From: Malacoraja senta
Taxonomy: Eukaryota
Reading direction: 5' to 3'
NCBI GenBank assembly: GCA_038087875.1
Contig: JAXLNO010001219.1
Coordinates: 1 to 64,000 of the forward strand
Length of the DNA stretch: 64,000 nt
The position numbers and the translations under genes were made by a program. A model generated the notes under the pieces. That model searched no databases and was not told the DNA's origin. It saw nothing but the letters and a program-made list of their open reading frames with translations. Below, in pieces: positions 22,501 to 37,500 of this stretch. How positions within the stretch are numbered: position 1 is the first letter of the stretch; each line of letters begins with the position of its first letter.

Positions 22501-25500
22501 GAGAACACTATACCCGTTAGAGTAACTGGGCGCAGTGGTTTCCTGATGATTGTTATCGGGTGTTACATTTGTATTTGAAGTGAACCCTACTGATGTTAAC
22601 GAATCACGAATAGATTTAGGTTCTGTTGAGATAAGGAAATAAAAGACAATTAAAGATAGACAAAAAATGCTGGATTAACTCAGCGATTCAGGCAGCATCT
22701 CTGGAGAGAAGAAATAGGTAACGTTTCGGGTCTGAGCATGGGTCTCGACCCGAAACGTCAGAGCGAGAGAGTTAGATGGAGCTCTAAAAGATAGCGGCGC
22801 TATGGGAAATGGTGAGAAGGTATGAACGAGGTACTGGTTGTGGATGATCAGCCATGATCATAGTGAATGTCGGTGCTGGCTCGAAGGGCCGAATGGCCTA
22901 CTCCTACACCTATTGTCTCTTATTTCTTGACCCGCTTTATTGTAACCCGTCCGTCCTCTGTTCTCAGTCAGGGCTATGTAAAAGCAGTGGCGGCGGTGAA
23001 TGCCTAAACACGGGTCCGGCCCAGTGTCGGTTGAGAGATGAATGTTGGCAGCGTAGCCGGCGGCACCGCCAATGAAATAGCAAAGTGAGGTCTTTCTGCA
23101 GGGTGAGAGGCCGGGCACCGCCTGGGATTGTTGAAAGGCAGCTCCTGCAACACTGCCGCGCTCCCTCAGTACCGCACTGCGATCCCAGCCCAGTTTCTGC
23201 TCAGGGATCTGGAGTGGGAAGTGAACCCTAATTGTACTGACCCGGGGACAGAACACTGACACAACAGGTACAATAACAGCACTGCCTGCACTTCAGACCG
23301 GAGACATTGGCCGTGAAGCAATATGACACATCGTGGAACGATTTAAGTTTTCTTGCATGTTTTCTTCAAAATGTATCTATTTCCATTAAACAGTTCATTT
23401 TCTCTCCATCTGAAAGTTTCTCCCCTTCATTTCAGCTGCAGTGTGGGGAGAGACGTATGTAACAGGAGATGTGGGAAGAGCGATCACAATCGATTGTCAC
23501 TATGCAGCAGAGTACCGCTCACACCCAAAATACTGGTGCCGTGTGCAGAGTCGCCAATGTACAGATATGGTGGAAACAAATGGGCTACACGGACGGAGTG
23601 GAAGAGTGTCAATCACAGATAACCCGGCACGAGGAATATTTACTTTGACTGTGGAGGATCTTCACTCTGGAGATACAGGATGGTACAGGTGTGGAATTAC
23701 AGCATCTAACGGCCGTCCAATGTTAAACGTAGAACTCCAAGTATCTGACGGTACGTTTCGCAGCGATTGACTTGATGTCTCCACTGAAATGCCTGATCCA
23801 TGTTTTCTCTGGGAAGGGGCAGGGCAGCACCGATATCCCGAGACTCCGCAGCAGTGCAGAGACCTGCGGGGAGCGGGCAGGGGCCGGGAAACCGCACTCA
23901 TTTTGCTCTCACCCTGTGCGGGGTCTGCCCCATTGAGCGGCCACCCACTTAGAAACATAGAAACATAGAAAATAGGTGCAGGAGGAGGCCATTCGGCCCT
24001 TCGAGCCAGCACCGACATTCATTGCGATCATGGCTGATCGTCCCCAATCAATAACCTGTGCCTGCCTTCTCCCCATATCCCTTGATTCCACTAGACCCTG
24101 GAGCTCTATCTGACTCTGTTAAATCCATCCAGGGATTTGGCGTCCACTGTCCTCTGTGGCAGGGAATGCCACAAATTCACAACTCTCTGGGTGAAAACGT
24201 TTTTTCTCACCTCAGTCTTAAATGGCCTCCCCTTTATTCTAAGACTGTGGCCCCTGGTTCTGGACTCGCCCAACATTGGGAACATTTTTCCTGCATCTAG
24301 CTTGTCTAGTCCTTTTACAATTTTATGTGTTTCTATAAGATATCCCCTCATCCTTCTAAACTCCAGTGAATACAAGCCTAGTCTTTTCAATCTTTCCTCA
24401 TAAGACAGACCCGCCATCCCAGGGATCAATCTCGTGAACCTATGCTGCACTGCCTCAATCACAAGGATGTCCTTCCACAAATTAGGAGACCAAAAACTGT
24501 ACGCAATACTCCAGATGTGGTCTTTCCAGAGCCCTATACAACTGCAGAAGAACCTCTCTACTCCTATACTGAAATTCTCTTGTTATGAAGGCCAACATTC
24601 CATTAGCTTTCTTCACTGCCTGCTGTACCTGCAAGCCAACTTTCAATGACCGGTGTACAAGGACACCCAGGTCTCGCTGTTCCTCCCCCTTACCTAACCT
24701 AACCCGGTTGTGATAATAATCTGCCCCCTTGTTGTTGCCACCAAAGTGGATAACCTCACATTTATCTATATTATACTGCCACGCATCTGCCCACTCGGTC
24801 AACCTGTCCTGCAACCTCCTAACGTCCTCTTCACAGTTCACACTGCCATCCAGCTTTGTGTCATCCGCAAACTTGCTAGTGTTGCTCCTAATTCCCTCTT
24901 CCAAATCATTAATATATATGGTAAACAGTTGCGGCCCCAACACCACCCACGTCAACACCCTACCCCCAACACCAATCGCTCTAATTTTAGTCACCAGTCC
25001 CTCGGGCGGGTCCTTATCAAAGGCTTTCTGAAAGTCTAGTTACACTACATCCACTGGCTCCCCTACATCCATTTTACTTGTCACATCCTCAAAAAAATCC
25101 AGAAGATTAGTCAAACATGATTTTCATAAATCCATGCTGACTTGGACTAATCCTTTTACTGCTATCGAAATGCCCCATTATTACCTCTTTAATAATTGAC
25201 ACCAGCATCTTTCCCACCACCGAAGTCAGGCTAACTGGTCTATAATTCCCCGTTTTTTCTATCGCTCCTTTTTTGAAAAGTGGAATTTAACTTCTCATTC
25301 ACTTCACTTTTCACTTCAAGTGGAATGCTCAGCACATTTCCCTTCCTCTGAACTGTATGAAATGTCACCCTGTCAGAAGTTTGCATTTCGACTCAAACTA
25401 ATAATCCGACAGATCAGTGAGAAACAAGTGTTGCTCACGGTCTGAATACCACGAGAGTTTAAAAAAATCAGTCCCCAGAGCTCAATAGACTGCGATCAGT

Positions 25501-28500
25501 CCTCCCGGGGTAGGCCATCCCGCTTCCCGCCCTCACCTCGGGGATCAGCCATTCCCTCCCAAACCCCGCGCTCTCTCTCTCTCCCTCTGCCCCGTCAATG
25601 CGCCCCCATCTCCAGCAGCAACTGTCCACCCACCGCCCGGCAGTCAGCCAACCTCTCCACCCGGACATTTCCCCGGTGGTAAGCAGAATAAACTCATCTT
25701 TCACCCCATCAGCCGTCGCACACAACACATAATCCTCCAACATTTTCGCCACCTCCAACGCGATCCCACAACTAGCCACATCTTTCCATCTCCACCGCTT
25801 TCTGCTTTCCGAAGAGACCGTTCCTTCCGTAACTCCCTGGTCAACGTCCATCCTCCCCCCCCCAAAAAAAACCCATCCCCTCCCCAAGTACCTTCCCCGA
25901 CAACTGCAGGAGATAGATCACCTGTCTCGATACCTCCTTCCTCTGCTCCCTCCAAGGTCTCCAACAATCTTTCCGGGTGAGGATTCACTTGCATCTCCTC
26001 CTTGCTCACCTAGTACATCCGCTGTTCCAGATGTGAACTACTATATATCGGCGAGACCAAGCGCAGACTCGGCGATCGTTTCGCTGAATAACTCCGCTCA
26101 GTCTGCTTCGGCCTACGCTACTTCCCGATTGCTAAACACTTTAATTCCCCCTCCCATATCCAAACTCAACTTTCCGTCCTGGACCTCCTCCACTGTCCAA
26201 CGTAAATAGGAGGAAAATCACCTCATATTTCGCTTGGGCAGCTTACAACCCATCGGTTTGAATATTGACTTCTCTAACTTCAAGGAACCCTTACTTTACT
26301 CCTGTCCCCATCCCGCCACCATCCTAGCTCTCCAGTTAGTTGCACTGTCATCCTAATTTTCTTTTACTTATTGTATGCCTCGTTGTCACCTTCCCTTCAG
26401 CTCACAATGATCCATTGTCCATTTTATTTTCACCTTTGATCACTTGTTTTCACACATTACCTGTCCATTTATCTTCTGCCTCCCTGTCCCACGATTCTCA
26501 GGCTGAAGATTGGTCTCGACCGGAAACGTCACCCATTCCTTCTTTCGAGAGATGCTGCCTGCTCCGTTGCGTTACTCCAGCATTTTGTGTCTATCTTAAA
26601 GGGATCGTAATGGGGGAAATGGAACTCAGTGCATTGTGGTGCTGGATCTGAAATCACACTTGAATATCTACACAATGTTCGTAGTTTAACCACTGTTGAC
26701 ACATGGTCGAATTAAATCCTGACGATAAATGAAAGGCTTAAAATAGCGAATAAATTTGAAGCAGATACTGCAAGACACCTGGACCGAAGGCGAGAGGTTC
26801 CAACGTCATCTGGAAGTTAATTCTACACTCTCAAAATGTGTTTATCAAGGAGGTGGAAGTTAGGATTGTGGACTCATTGTGTCAGTTCAAACATTCCCTG
26901 CATTTGTCCGGCTCAACTCTGTCGCAAACCCAACAATTCCCCGGAGTCTCAGACTGAACCACTGTCCACGCTCTATCCACCCACCCCCAACTCTCTCTCC
27001 ATCCTCTCTCGGTTCCGTGGCCCAGTCGTGCTGAATTGTCCAGGGTGAGCCGGGGTCATTGGGAATAAAACCTGTCCCAGATGAGCAGCGGGACATTGGG
27101 CTCACAATTCAGTTTAGTTTATTGTCACGAGTACCGAGGTACAGTGAATCTGGCGGTGTGCGTTTTCACGCTAGTAGCGCTCTCCAGCAAGGGACCCGCT
27201 TTATTGTAACCGGTCCGTACTCTGTCCTCAGTCAGGGCGTTGTAAAGACAGTGGCTGCGGTGAATTTCTAAACACGGGTCCGGCCCAGTGTCGGTTGAGA
27301 GATGAATGCTGGCAGCGCCGACACTGAAATAGCAAAGTGGGGTATTTCTGTGGGTTGAGAGGCCGGGCACCGCCTGGGATTGTTGAAAGGCAGCTCCTGC
27401 AACGCTGCCGCGCTCCCTCAGTACCGCACTGCGATCCCAGCCCAGTTTCTGCGCAGGGATCTGGAGTGGGAAGTGAACCCTAATTGTACTGACCCGGGGA
27501 CAGAACACTGACACAACTTGTACAATAACAGCACTGCCTGCACTTCAGACCCGAGACATTGGCCGTGAAGCAAAATGACACATCATGGAACGATTATGTT
27601 TTTCATGTAATCTTCAAAATGTATATATTTCCATTAAACAGTTCATTTGCTCTCCATCTGAAAGTTTTTCCCCTCCCTTTCAGCTGCAGTGTGGGGAGAG
27701 AGGAATTTAACAGGAGTTGTGGGAAGAGCCATCACAATCGATTGTCACTATGCAGCAGAGTACCGCTCACAGGCTAAATACTGGTGCCGTGGGCAGAGTC
27801 GCCAGTGTACAGATATGGTGGAAACAAATGGGCAACACGGACGGAGTGGAAGGGTGTCAATCACCGACATACCGGCACTAAGAATATTTACTATGACTGT
27901 GGAAGATCTTCACTCTGGAGATACAGGATGGTACAGCTGTGGAATCACAGCACCTGCCGACCATTCAATATTTAACGTATATCTCCAAGTATCTGACGGT
28001 ACGTTTCGCAGCGATTGACTTAATGTCTCCACTGAGAAGCTGTTTTCTTCGGGAAGGGTCAGGGCAGCACCGATATCTCGAGGCTCCGCAGCAGTGCAGA
28101 GGCCTGCGGGGAGCGGGCGAGGGTCGGGAAACCCCACTCATGTTTGCTCTCACCCAGTTCGGGCTCTGTCCCATTGAGCGGCCACCCACTTCAAGACACT
28201 CAACACATTACCCTGCCTCTGAATTGTATGAAATATCACCCTGTCAGAGGTTTGCATTCCGACTCAAACTAATAATCCGACAGATCAGTGAGAAACAAGT
28301 GTTGCTCGCCGTCTGAATACCCGGAGAATCATAAACAGGGAATCAGTCCCCAGAGCTCCACCGACTGCGTTCAGTCCTCCCGGGGCAGGCCAGTCCGCTT
28401 CCCGCCCCCACCTCAGGAATCAGTCACCCCCTCCCCACCCCGCGCACTCTCTCTCTCTCCCTCTGTCCAGTAAATGCGCCCCCACTGCCAGCAGCCATTG

Positions 28501-31500
28501 TCCACCCACCGCCCGGCAGCCAGCCAGCCTCTCCTCCCGGACATTTCCCCGTTCGTAAGCAGAATAAACTCATCTTTCGCCCCATCAGCCGTCGCACACA
28601 GCATATATTCCTCCGACATTTGCGCCACCTACAACGGGATGCCACAACTAGTCACATCTTTCCATCTCCTTCGCTTTTTGCGTTCCCTCCGCAACTCCCT
28701 GGTCAACACGTCCTCTCCCCCCCCCCCTCCCCTCGTCCCCAGGTACCTTCCCCTACAACTGCAGGAGATGCAACACCAGTCACTATATATCCCCCCTTTA
28801 CTCCGTCCATGGGCCTCAACAGTCTTTTCGGGTGAGGCAGAGGGTGGCTTGCATCTCCTCTAACCTCATCTACTCTATCCGCTGTTCCAGGTGTGAACAA
28901 GCGGATATAGTAGATGGGAGACCAAGCGCAGACTCGGCGATCGTTTCGCTGAACAACTCCGCTCAGTCTGCCTCGGCCTACGCTACATCCCGATTGCTAA
29001 ACACTTTTATTCCCCCTCCCATTCCCAAACTGATCTTTCCGTCCTGGACCTCCTCCAGTGTCAGAGTGAGGCCAAAGGCAAATTGGAAAAACAGCGCCTC
29101 ATATTTCGCTTGGGCAGCTTACAACCCAGCGCTTTGAATATTGACATCTCTAACTTCAAGTAACCCTTGCTTTACTCCTTTCCATCCCGCCCCCATCCGA
29201 AACCTCCAATTAGATTCACCTGATAATATTTTACTGATTGTACGCCTCGTTGTCACCTTCCCTTCAGCTGACAATGATTCAATCTACATTTCCCTTTAAC
29301 ATTGTCACCTTTGATCACTTGTTTTAACATCTTATCCTTCCATTTCTCTTCTGTCACCCAGAACATGACTGTCAGGCTGGAGAAGGGTCTCGATCCGAAA
29401 CTTCACCCACTCCTTCTCTCGAGAGATGCTGCCGGCTCCGCTGAGTTCCCCCAGCATTTTGTGTCTCTCTTAAAGCGATCGTAATTAGTTTTCGCGATTA
29501 AATTACAAGGCATTGAATTGTGTTTTTGGCACGCTGGTCTTCATCAGTGAGAACATTCAGAATATAATTTGTGATAATATGCTTCAGACGTGCAGATGTT
29601 CAGTCCACACTTTGGGAATTGTGTTCAGCTTCAGTCACTCAGCTCCAAGAAAAGTTGAGATGGACAGCGTGCAGAAAGGTTTTAGGGCGACGTTGCCTGG
29701 ACAGGATGGGATTGACGCAGGGAGCGATTGGACAAACTCAGACTTCATTCCTTGGTGTGGAAATGATTGAGAGAGGAACTTATAGAAATGAATCAATCAC
29801 GAGAAGCATGTTCATTTTCCCACGATGTGTGGAATCAAAAAGTGGAGGACAGAGGTAATGGGAACTATTTAAAGAGGGAGGAATAGTAAGGTGCCATTGA
29901 CCGTAATGGCATGTTTTGTACAGATGAGTGGCCGAAGCTGAACACAATTCGCACAAGTTCGACCTCAATAACATATGTACAACTGAAACATAACATCCCA
30001 ACATATGTTCTGAGGGACAACATTTTCCACACATTGGGTAATATGTACATGGAACCTGCTGCCAGGGAAAGTTGTTGAGGCAGAATAGCAGCATTTAAAA
30101 TAAATTTTGGATATTTGCGTAGATTGGGATCATTGCGAGTGATAAATGAGAAACGCGGACATATGGAAATGTCATAGAAAGACATGTTGGTCGGCATTAA
30201 TGAGCTGTTGTGATGGGCATCTTTCGGTTCTCAATAACTCTAACCTTCTTCGGTTTCTGCGCTTCGCACACTCCCAGAGATGTAGATGAGCCGGTGAGGT
30301 ATCAACCGGACGGTTCGGGCTGAGATAAAGTGCTGCTGAGATTTAGCAAGTGTTTGGTTTTTAACAATTCATACAGGTGACTGAATATTTGGTCCATTCC
30401 CACAGAACCCATGTCTGCTCCTGTGCTCAGTTATCTGTCAGCAGCAAATGCCTCACGTCTTGGAGGCTCAGTGTCAGTGTCCTGTGAGTCTCTCCGTGGA
30501 TCCCTTCCCATCCATTACACATGGTTTGAGAAGAACGAGCATTGGGTTTCAACGATCTTGCAAGGCAATCAACTGGATCTGAGTTGTGAAATCCTCAGAG
30601 GTGATCACCTTCGATATTACTGCACAGCCGCAAATAATCGTGCGACAAAATCCAGTGAAATAGTCAAGGTGAAAGTCTTCAAAGGAGCAGGAACGTGCAG
30701 TTATGTGACAGAAATGAACAATGCAGGTGAGTGTTCCTCTCGTGTCCCTGAACCTGCTGCTATTCACCTTGTGGTGATGTTCATGTATTTCTTGTTATTT
30801 GCAGACGGCATCATTGCAGCCACCGTGAGCTCATGGTGTAAAATGCGAGAGTTTGTTTGGGGGACTGGCAAATAATTGCCCGTAGCTTCCACCATGGAGG
30901 TGTTGAGCAATTTCAGCAAAGGAGAGAAAGACATGCACTTGTCATAAAGCGTTGAGTGCACTCCATCAAATTTCTGCCTTCTGCCTTAAAAATGCCGCTT
31001 GGCTGCCGCTTAAGGTCTCACAGTCACTTTGAGACATTGAAAGCAACCAAATGCATTCTGTTTGGATCCGCCATCATTTACAATCAAGGATGTACAATTT
31101 CATGATCATGTTCATGATTTTAACTGTTAATTTGTGTTAAACTCCAGTAATATCACTAAATTAAATTGTAATCTACTTGGCCGTCACTCCATCAAGTATA
31201 ACCCTTACTTTTGTCAAAGAGAATTTTGAAATGAACTCCCAGTAGGTGTGGAGACGTTCAGATTGGAAGTCCAGAATAGAGTGTGAATGGTTTACATCAG
31301 AGACACCAAGCTTATACAATGCCAGCGTTTCTTAAACTATTTCAGTGCCATTCACCCTTGAGTCTTTATTACAAGATTTAATTCACCCTCCACTAAATAT
31401 TCTTATGTTTTTTTGGTTATTATCATCTTATTTTCACTTGTGCATAATTTTATATATAATTTATTTTGTCACATGAGCAAAAAACATGAATTAACTCATT

Positions 31501-34500
31501 CACCCCAAAATAATTTCATTCGCCCTTGGGTAAACCATTCATCAGTTTAAGAAGCACTGGCCGAGGCTACAATTTCGCCGAACACTTGTGTTTGGTCTGT
31601 CATGACCCAGAGTCGTACTTGATAGACACCCCGTTGATGTAGAGCAGCAGCAGTTTGCACCATCTGCACGATGCACTGCAGCAACTCACCAAGACTCCCA
31701 AGACATTACCTTCCAATTGCAACAGGCTCCGTGTTCAATGCATCATTCTTCACCATTCACACCCACATTAGCTGGGAAGCGCTTTGGAACGACGTGCAGA
31801 TGGTGAGGGACGGTGTACAGTATCTGTCTCATCGCAATCTAGGTGGAATTCAACAGAGTTAAGAAAATCATTGGGCGGACGCCCCTGTATACATTGATGT
31901 ATACTATAATGTATATGTTTGTGAAAGGCTAATTTTGCTCTTCAATCTATGAAAGAATTTTCCTTCAGTTTCAGGTGCACTGTGGGCAGAGAGCGAAGTA
32001 CGAGGGGTTGTGGGAAGAGCGATCTCAATCGATTGTCACTATGCAGCAGTGTACCGCTCACACACAAAATACTGGTGCCCTGGGACAAGTCGCCAGTGTA
32101 CACATATAGTGGAAACAAATGGGAAACAAGGACAGAGCGGAAGAGTGTCAATCACAGATAACCCGGCACGAGGAATATTTACTGTGACTGTGGAGGATCT
32201 TCACTCTGGAGATACAGGATGGTACAGATGTGGAATTATTACACCTGGCGAACCAACATTTAAAGTACATCTCCAAGTATCTGAAGGTAGGTTTCTCAGT
32301 GAGTGACTTCATGTCTCGACTTTGGCATCTGCATAAAACATTTGTTGGGTCACATATGGGAGCCTGGTGCACAGTTCTGGTCCCCGCTTTATAAAACAAA
32401 AGATGTGAAAGGTTTGGAGAGGTTACAGAAAAATGTCACCGGGATATTTAGTTGGAGGTTACAAATGCAACATGGAAACGGATCCTTCGGCCCACCGAGT
32501 CCACACCGACTAGCGATCACCGGTCGCACTAGTTCTATGTTATTCCACTTTCCCATTCGCTCCCTACACATAATTCTACAATACCGCCATTCTCACACCT
32601 CATTAGTGCAACATTATCACTATCAACAATTTTATACAAGGAAATTTAAAAGTTGTTGATAATGATACTGTTGCACTAATGAAGTGTTTGAATTTTGGTA
32701 TTGTAGATTTGTGGCAGAGTTTCAGATTAAAAGAAGATTAACTGCAGATGCTGGAAATATAAAACAAAGATAGATGGTGCTGCTGTGTATTGGTACAGTG
32801 GCAGACATGGTAGTTCTGGCAGCTGGGAGGATGGAGAGACACAGAGATGTTCAAATCTGATAAATTGTGAGGAGAAGGAGCAGAGAAGACTTACAAGGAT
32901 GTTGTGATGACTTGAGGGCCTGACATACAGGGAGGGATTGAGCAGATTAGGACTTTATTTCTTGGAGCGCAGGAGGATGAGGGATGATCTCATGGCAGGT
33001 AAAAAATCATGCGAGGAATAGATCGAGTTAATACACAGAGTCTTTTGCTCAGAGTAGGGGAATCGAGAACCGGAGGACATGGTTTTAATATGAGGAGGGA
33101 ATGATTTAACAGGAACCTGGGGAGTAACGTATTTTACACAAAGGTTGGTAGGCACATGAAACGAACTGCCGACAGAAGTAGTTATGGCAGGTACTATCGT
33201 AACATTTAATAAAATATTGGACAGGTACATGAATATGATATGTTTAGTGGGTTAAGGGCCAAGAAAGGGCAGGTGGAACTCGTGTAGATTGGGCGTGGTG
33301 GTCAGCGCAGGCAAGTTAGACCGAAGGGCCTGTTTCTATGCTGTATGACTATGATTCTATGTAGATGGATGGGTCAGATTCCAACCTGGCGGCTCTGGCT
33401 AAGATACAGAGATGGTGGATATTGGCGAGTGGTTGATTTTCAGATGTTCAACCAGTGTCTGACAGTTTGCTCCTTACCCACAGAACTCGTGTCTGTTCCT
33501 GTGCTTGGATTCCTGTCACCAGTCAATGACTCCTGTCTCGGGGGCTCAGTGACAGTGTCCTGTGAGGCGGTCAGTGGATCACCGCCCATTAGCTACAGCT
33601 GGTATGAAAAGACCCTATCTGTGGATTCAAAGATCTCAGACCAAAATGCCTTGGATCTACATTGTCAATCCTTCAAACACCAGCACCATCAATATTACTG
33701 CACAGCCTCCAATATTAATGGAACAAAATCCAGTGAAATGGTCAACGTGTCCATCTCCAGCAGTGACGTGCCCTGTAGTTTTCTAGTGAAAATCAACGGC
33801 ACTGGTAAGTAGTGGAGGGAATGAGGAGAAGAAGGGGAAGTGGGGTGGGGCGGTTTATATGATCACAAGTGATAGAAGCAGAAATAGACCATTCAATCAT
33901 GGCTGATCTATCTTCACCTCTTCATCCCATTCTCCTGTCTTCTCCACATAATCCCCGACACCCTGAAATCCATGCACGTTAATTAATGAACATCAATATT
34001 AAAATGATAGAATAATGGCCCATTTGTCAATACTTGGTTGCTGGGCTCCAGGAATAGATTCCCCAGTGCTGGTGTAGGGCAGATTCCTGGCTAGAACCTC
34101 CTCTTATGTTTACACAGTTTTAAACTAGGTTTGCAGTTACATCATTCCAAGCACTTTCACTTTCCTGCCATCATCTCCACATGACCGACACTCAAACATG
34201 GGAAGGGAACAGAAATTATCCGTAAATGTGGCCGCAGTTAACTCCTAGACTATATCAGCTTTGGTCCACTGTGTTAATGTTGACCATTCAGCACCATCGA
34301 TACTAATCCCATTTACCATCCCCTCACCCACAGTCTTCTCAGACTTGACAATTCATGTGTCTTCGCCATCTAGGTTTAAAAATATTCCTTGCTCAGATAC
34401 CCTCCAAATATTCTACTCCTTAACCCAACCCTATGTTCTCCACTTCTACACACATCTGCTGTGCTGATTTCCCACAAAGTACCCTATCTATGTTCCTCAT

Positions 34501-37500
34501 AGCTTTACACACCTGTAATAGGTTCCCCCTTCTTTACCTGTGTGGATTAAAATCTCCGACTATCCAGCCTCTCCTTCGAACTGTAATGTTTCATCCCAGG
34601 CACTACCCCTCGCATGAAATAACCTCCTTCAGTTTAATTTAGAAATCCAGCGTGGAAGCAGCTGCCTTTCACCTGTGCACTAATTCTATCCTACTCACTA
34701 GGGGCAATTTACAGAAGGCAATTAACCTAAAAACCTGCACGTCTTTAGAATATGGGAGACAACCGCAGCACTTGAATAAAACCCACGCGGTCACATGGAG
34801 AACATAAACACTCCGTGCAGACAGTACCCGAAGTCAGGATTGAACTCGGTCTCGGTCTCAGGTTGCTGTAAGGCAGCAACTCAACTGGTGGGCCACTGTG
34901 CCGCCCTAATGTAGGCAACCTGAGTTGGAACCAGCACTACAGCTTATCACGATAACATCTCCCATTTGCTGCAAATTACACTGAAGAAACATTGCCCTGT
35001 CAATTAAACCTATAAACTCCTTATATCGGACAAACATGCTCTCTTGTTCAACTGCAAGTGAAAAGCAGTGAAACTGATTTTTATTTCCTTGTTCCAACAG
35101 GACTTGAATATTCTTGTGAAACTTCGAAAAGAACCAATTATTCTTCAAGGTAAACTACTCTGTTTCCAATGAAAGGTGCCATGTACTAATTGCTGGTGTT
35201 TTGATTGGGATTGCTTCAATTTGGAGAAAGTTGTGTCTTCCGTTTACTGGCATTAAAGGCCCTTGGGAGTATTGATCTGAATGCACAGTGACACAGCCAG
35301 TGGAACCACAGCCTCACAATGCCAAGAACCTGAACTTAGGCGCCGTCTATGTGTGTTCTGCAAATTTCGCCTTTCATTGTGTTGGAAGGAACTGCAGATG
35401 CTGGATTAAACTGAATATAGGCACAAAAAACTGAGTATATCGGCGGGTCTGACAGCACCTTTGGAGAAAAGGCATAGGTGACGTTTCGGGTTGAGTCCCT
35501 TCTTCAGAGTGAGAGGCAGGGGAAAGGGAAACGAGAGCGATATCGACGGTGATATAGAAAGGTATAAAACATTGAATGAAAGATATGCGACAAAAGTAAC
35601 GATGATGAATGAAACGATCCATTGTTAGCTGTGCGCTCGGTGAAAACGAGTTGTACGGACAATGAGACACTACAAGACAGTCAAATTCGTACAATGACTA
35701 GGGTGGGGGAGGGACGGGGAGAGAGGGGATGCAAGGGTTATTTGAAGTTATAGAAATCAATATTAATATCGCTTGGCTGTAAGATGCCCAAGCGAAATAT
35801 ATGGCACTGTTCCTCCAATTTACATTTGGCCTCACTCTGGCAATGGAGAAAGCACAGAATAGAACGGTCAGTGTGGGAATGGGAGGGGGAGTTAAAGTGT
35901 TTAGCAACTGGAAGATCATATAGTCCCAGGCGGATTGAGCGTATGTGTTCAATGAAACGATTGTCCAGTCAACGTTTGGTCTTGCTGATGTATAAGAGTC
36001 CACACCTGATACAATAGATGAGGTTCGAGGCGGTTCAAATGAACTCTGCCGAACCTCAAATGACTGTTGAGTTCCTTGGACAGAGTCGAGGGGGGAGTTA
36101 TAGGGACAGATTTTGCATTTCCTGCAGTTGAACGGGAAGGAATCTGGGGAGAGGTTTGTTTGGATGGGAAAGGATGAGATAACCAGGGAGGTATAGGTCA
36201 TAAGGTCATAAGGGATAGGAGTAGAATTGGGCATTCAACAGGATTGCACAGGGAACGGTTTCCTGCACTCCACCTGGCACTCAAATGCACTTGGACCATC
36301 TCCAAAACCTCCCTCCGCTTTCTCGATCACACAATCTCCATCACAGGAGATAGACTATCGATGGATGTCTATTATAAACTGACTGACTCCCACAACTATC
36401 TAGATCGCACTTCTTCTCACAGGATTTGTGTAAATGTGGTTGATGGTCAGCGCAGACCTGAAGGGCCAAATGGCCTATTTCCATACTGCGTCTCTCTATG
36501 GATCCTATGAGCCCAAATATCAGGAAACATAAGCAATGCTTTTGCATGTGTTTCAAGACTGACACTGAAAGATAAATTTATCTCTTAAACATTCTTCTAA
36601 ACAAGAATTTAGAAGAATGAGGGGGGACCTCATTGAGACATACATAACAGTGAAAGGCTTGGATAGAGTGAATGTGGAGAGGGTGTTTCCACCAGTGGGA
36701 GAGTCTAGGATTAGAGGAAGTAGCCTCAGAATTAGATGTTCTTTTTAGGAAGGAGATGAGAAATGTCTTCAGTTAAAGGGTGGTGAATCTGTGGAATAAT
36801 TTGCCACAGAATGATGTGGAGGCCAAGTCAGTGGATACATTTAAGGCAGAGATAGATAGATTCTTCTTTAGTACGGGTGTTGGAGGTTATGAGGAAAAGG
36901 CAGGAAATGGGGTTAGGTGGGAGAGAAAAATCAGTCATGATTGTATGGCGGAGTAGACTTGATGGGCCGATTGGCCTAATTCTGCTCCTATTCCTTATGA
37001 CCTTATGACCGAATTCTATAATAATATACGTATATAATTTGCAAACCAGATATTAGCTAATTAATCAGAAGGGAAATTGCTTACATCTCATTGTGTTGTG
37101 TATATGCTTGGGTTATAAGAACAGGATCCTCCATTTGTTGCCATTCATATGCACTACGGGCTGAAAAGATGAAGTACGAGGGGAAGCTGGCCAGGAATAT
37201 AAATAAGGATAGTAAAAGCTTCTTTAGAAAATGTTAAGGGAAAAAGAGTAGCAAAATTTGATGTGGGTCCCTTGAAACCAGACATGGGTGAAATTATTAT
37301 GGGGAACAAGGAAATGACAGAGGAGTTGAACAGGTACTATGGATCTGGCGTCACTAAGGAAGACACAAACAATCTCCCAGAAGTACTGGAGGACAGAGGA
37401 TCAAAGGGGGTAGAGGAACTGAAAGAAATTATCATTAGGCGAGAAATAGTATTGGGTGGGCTAATGGGACTGAAGGATGATAAATCCCCTGGGCCTGATG

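Noticed and set aside
20946-32286. Tandem V exons as a rearranging Ig/TCR-like locus
   Set aside because: Each V exon includes its own G strand and ends in a GT splice donor. I found no CACAGTG heptamer with spacer and nonamer after them, and no D/J or C1 segments.
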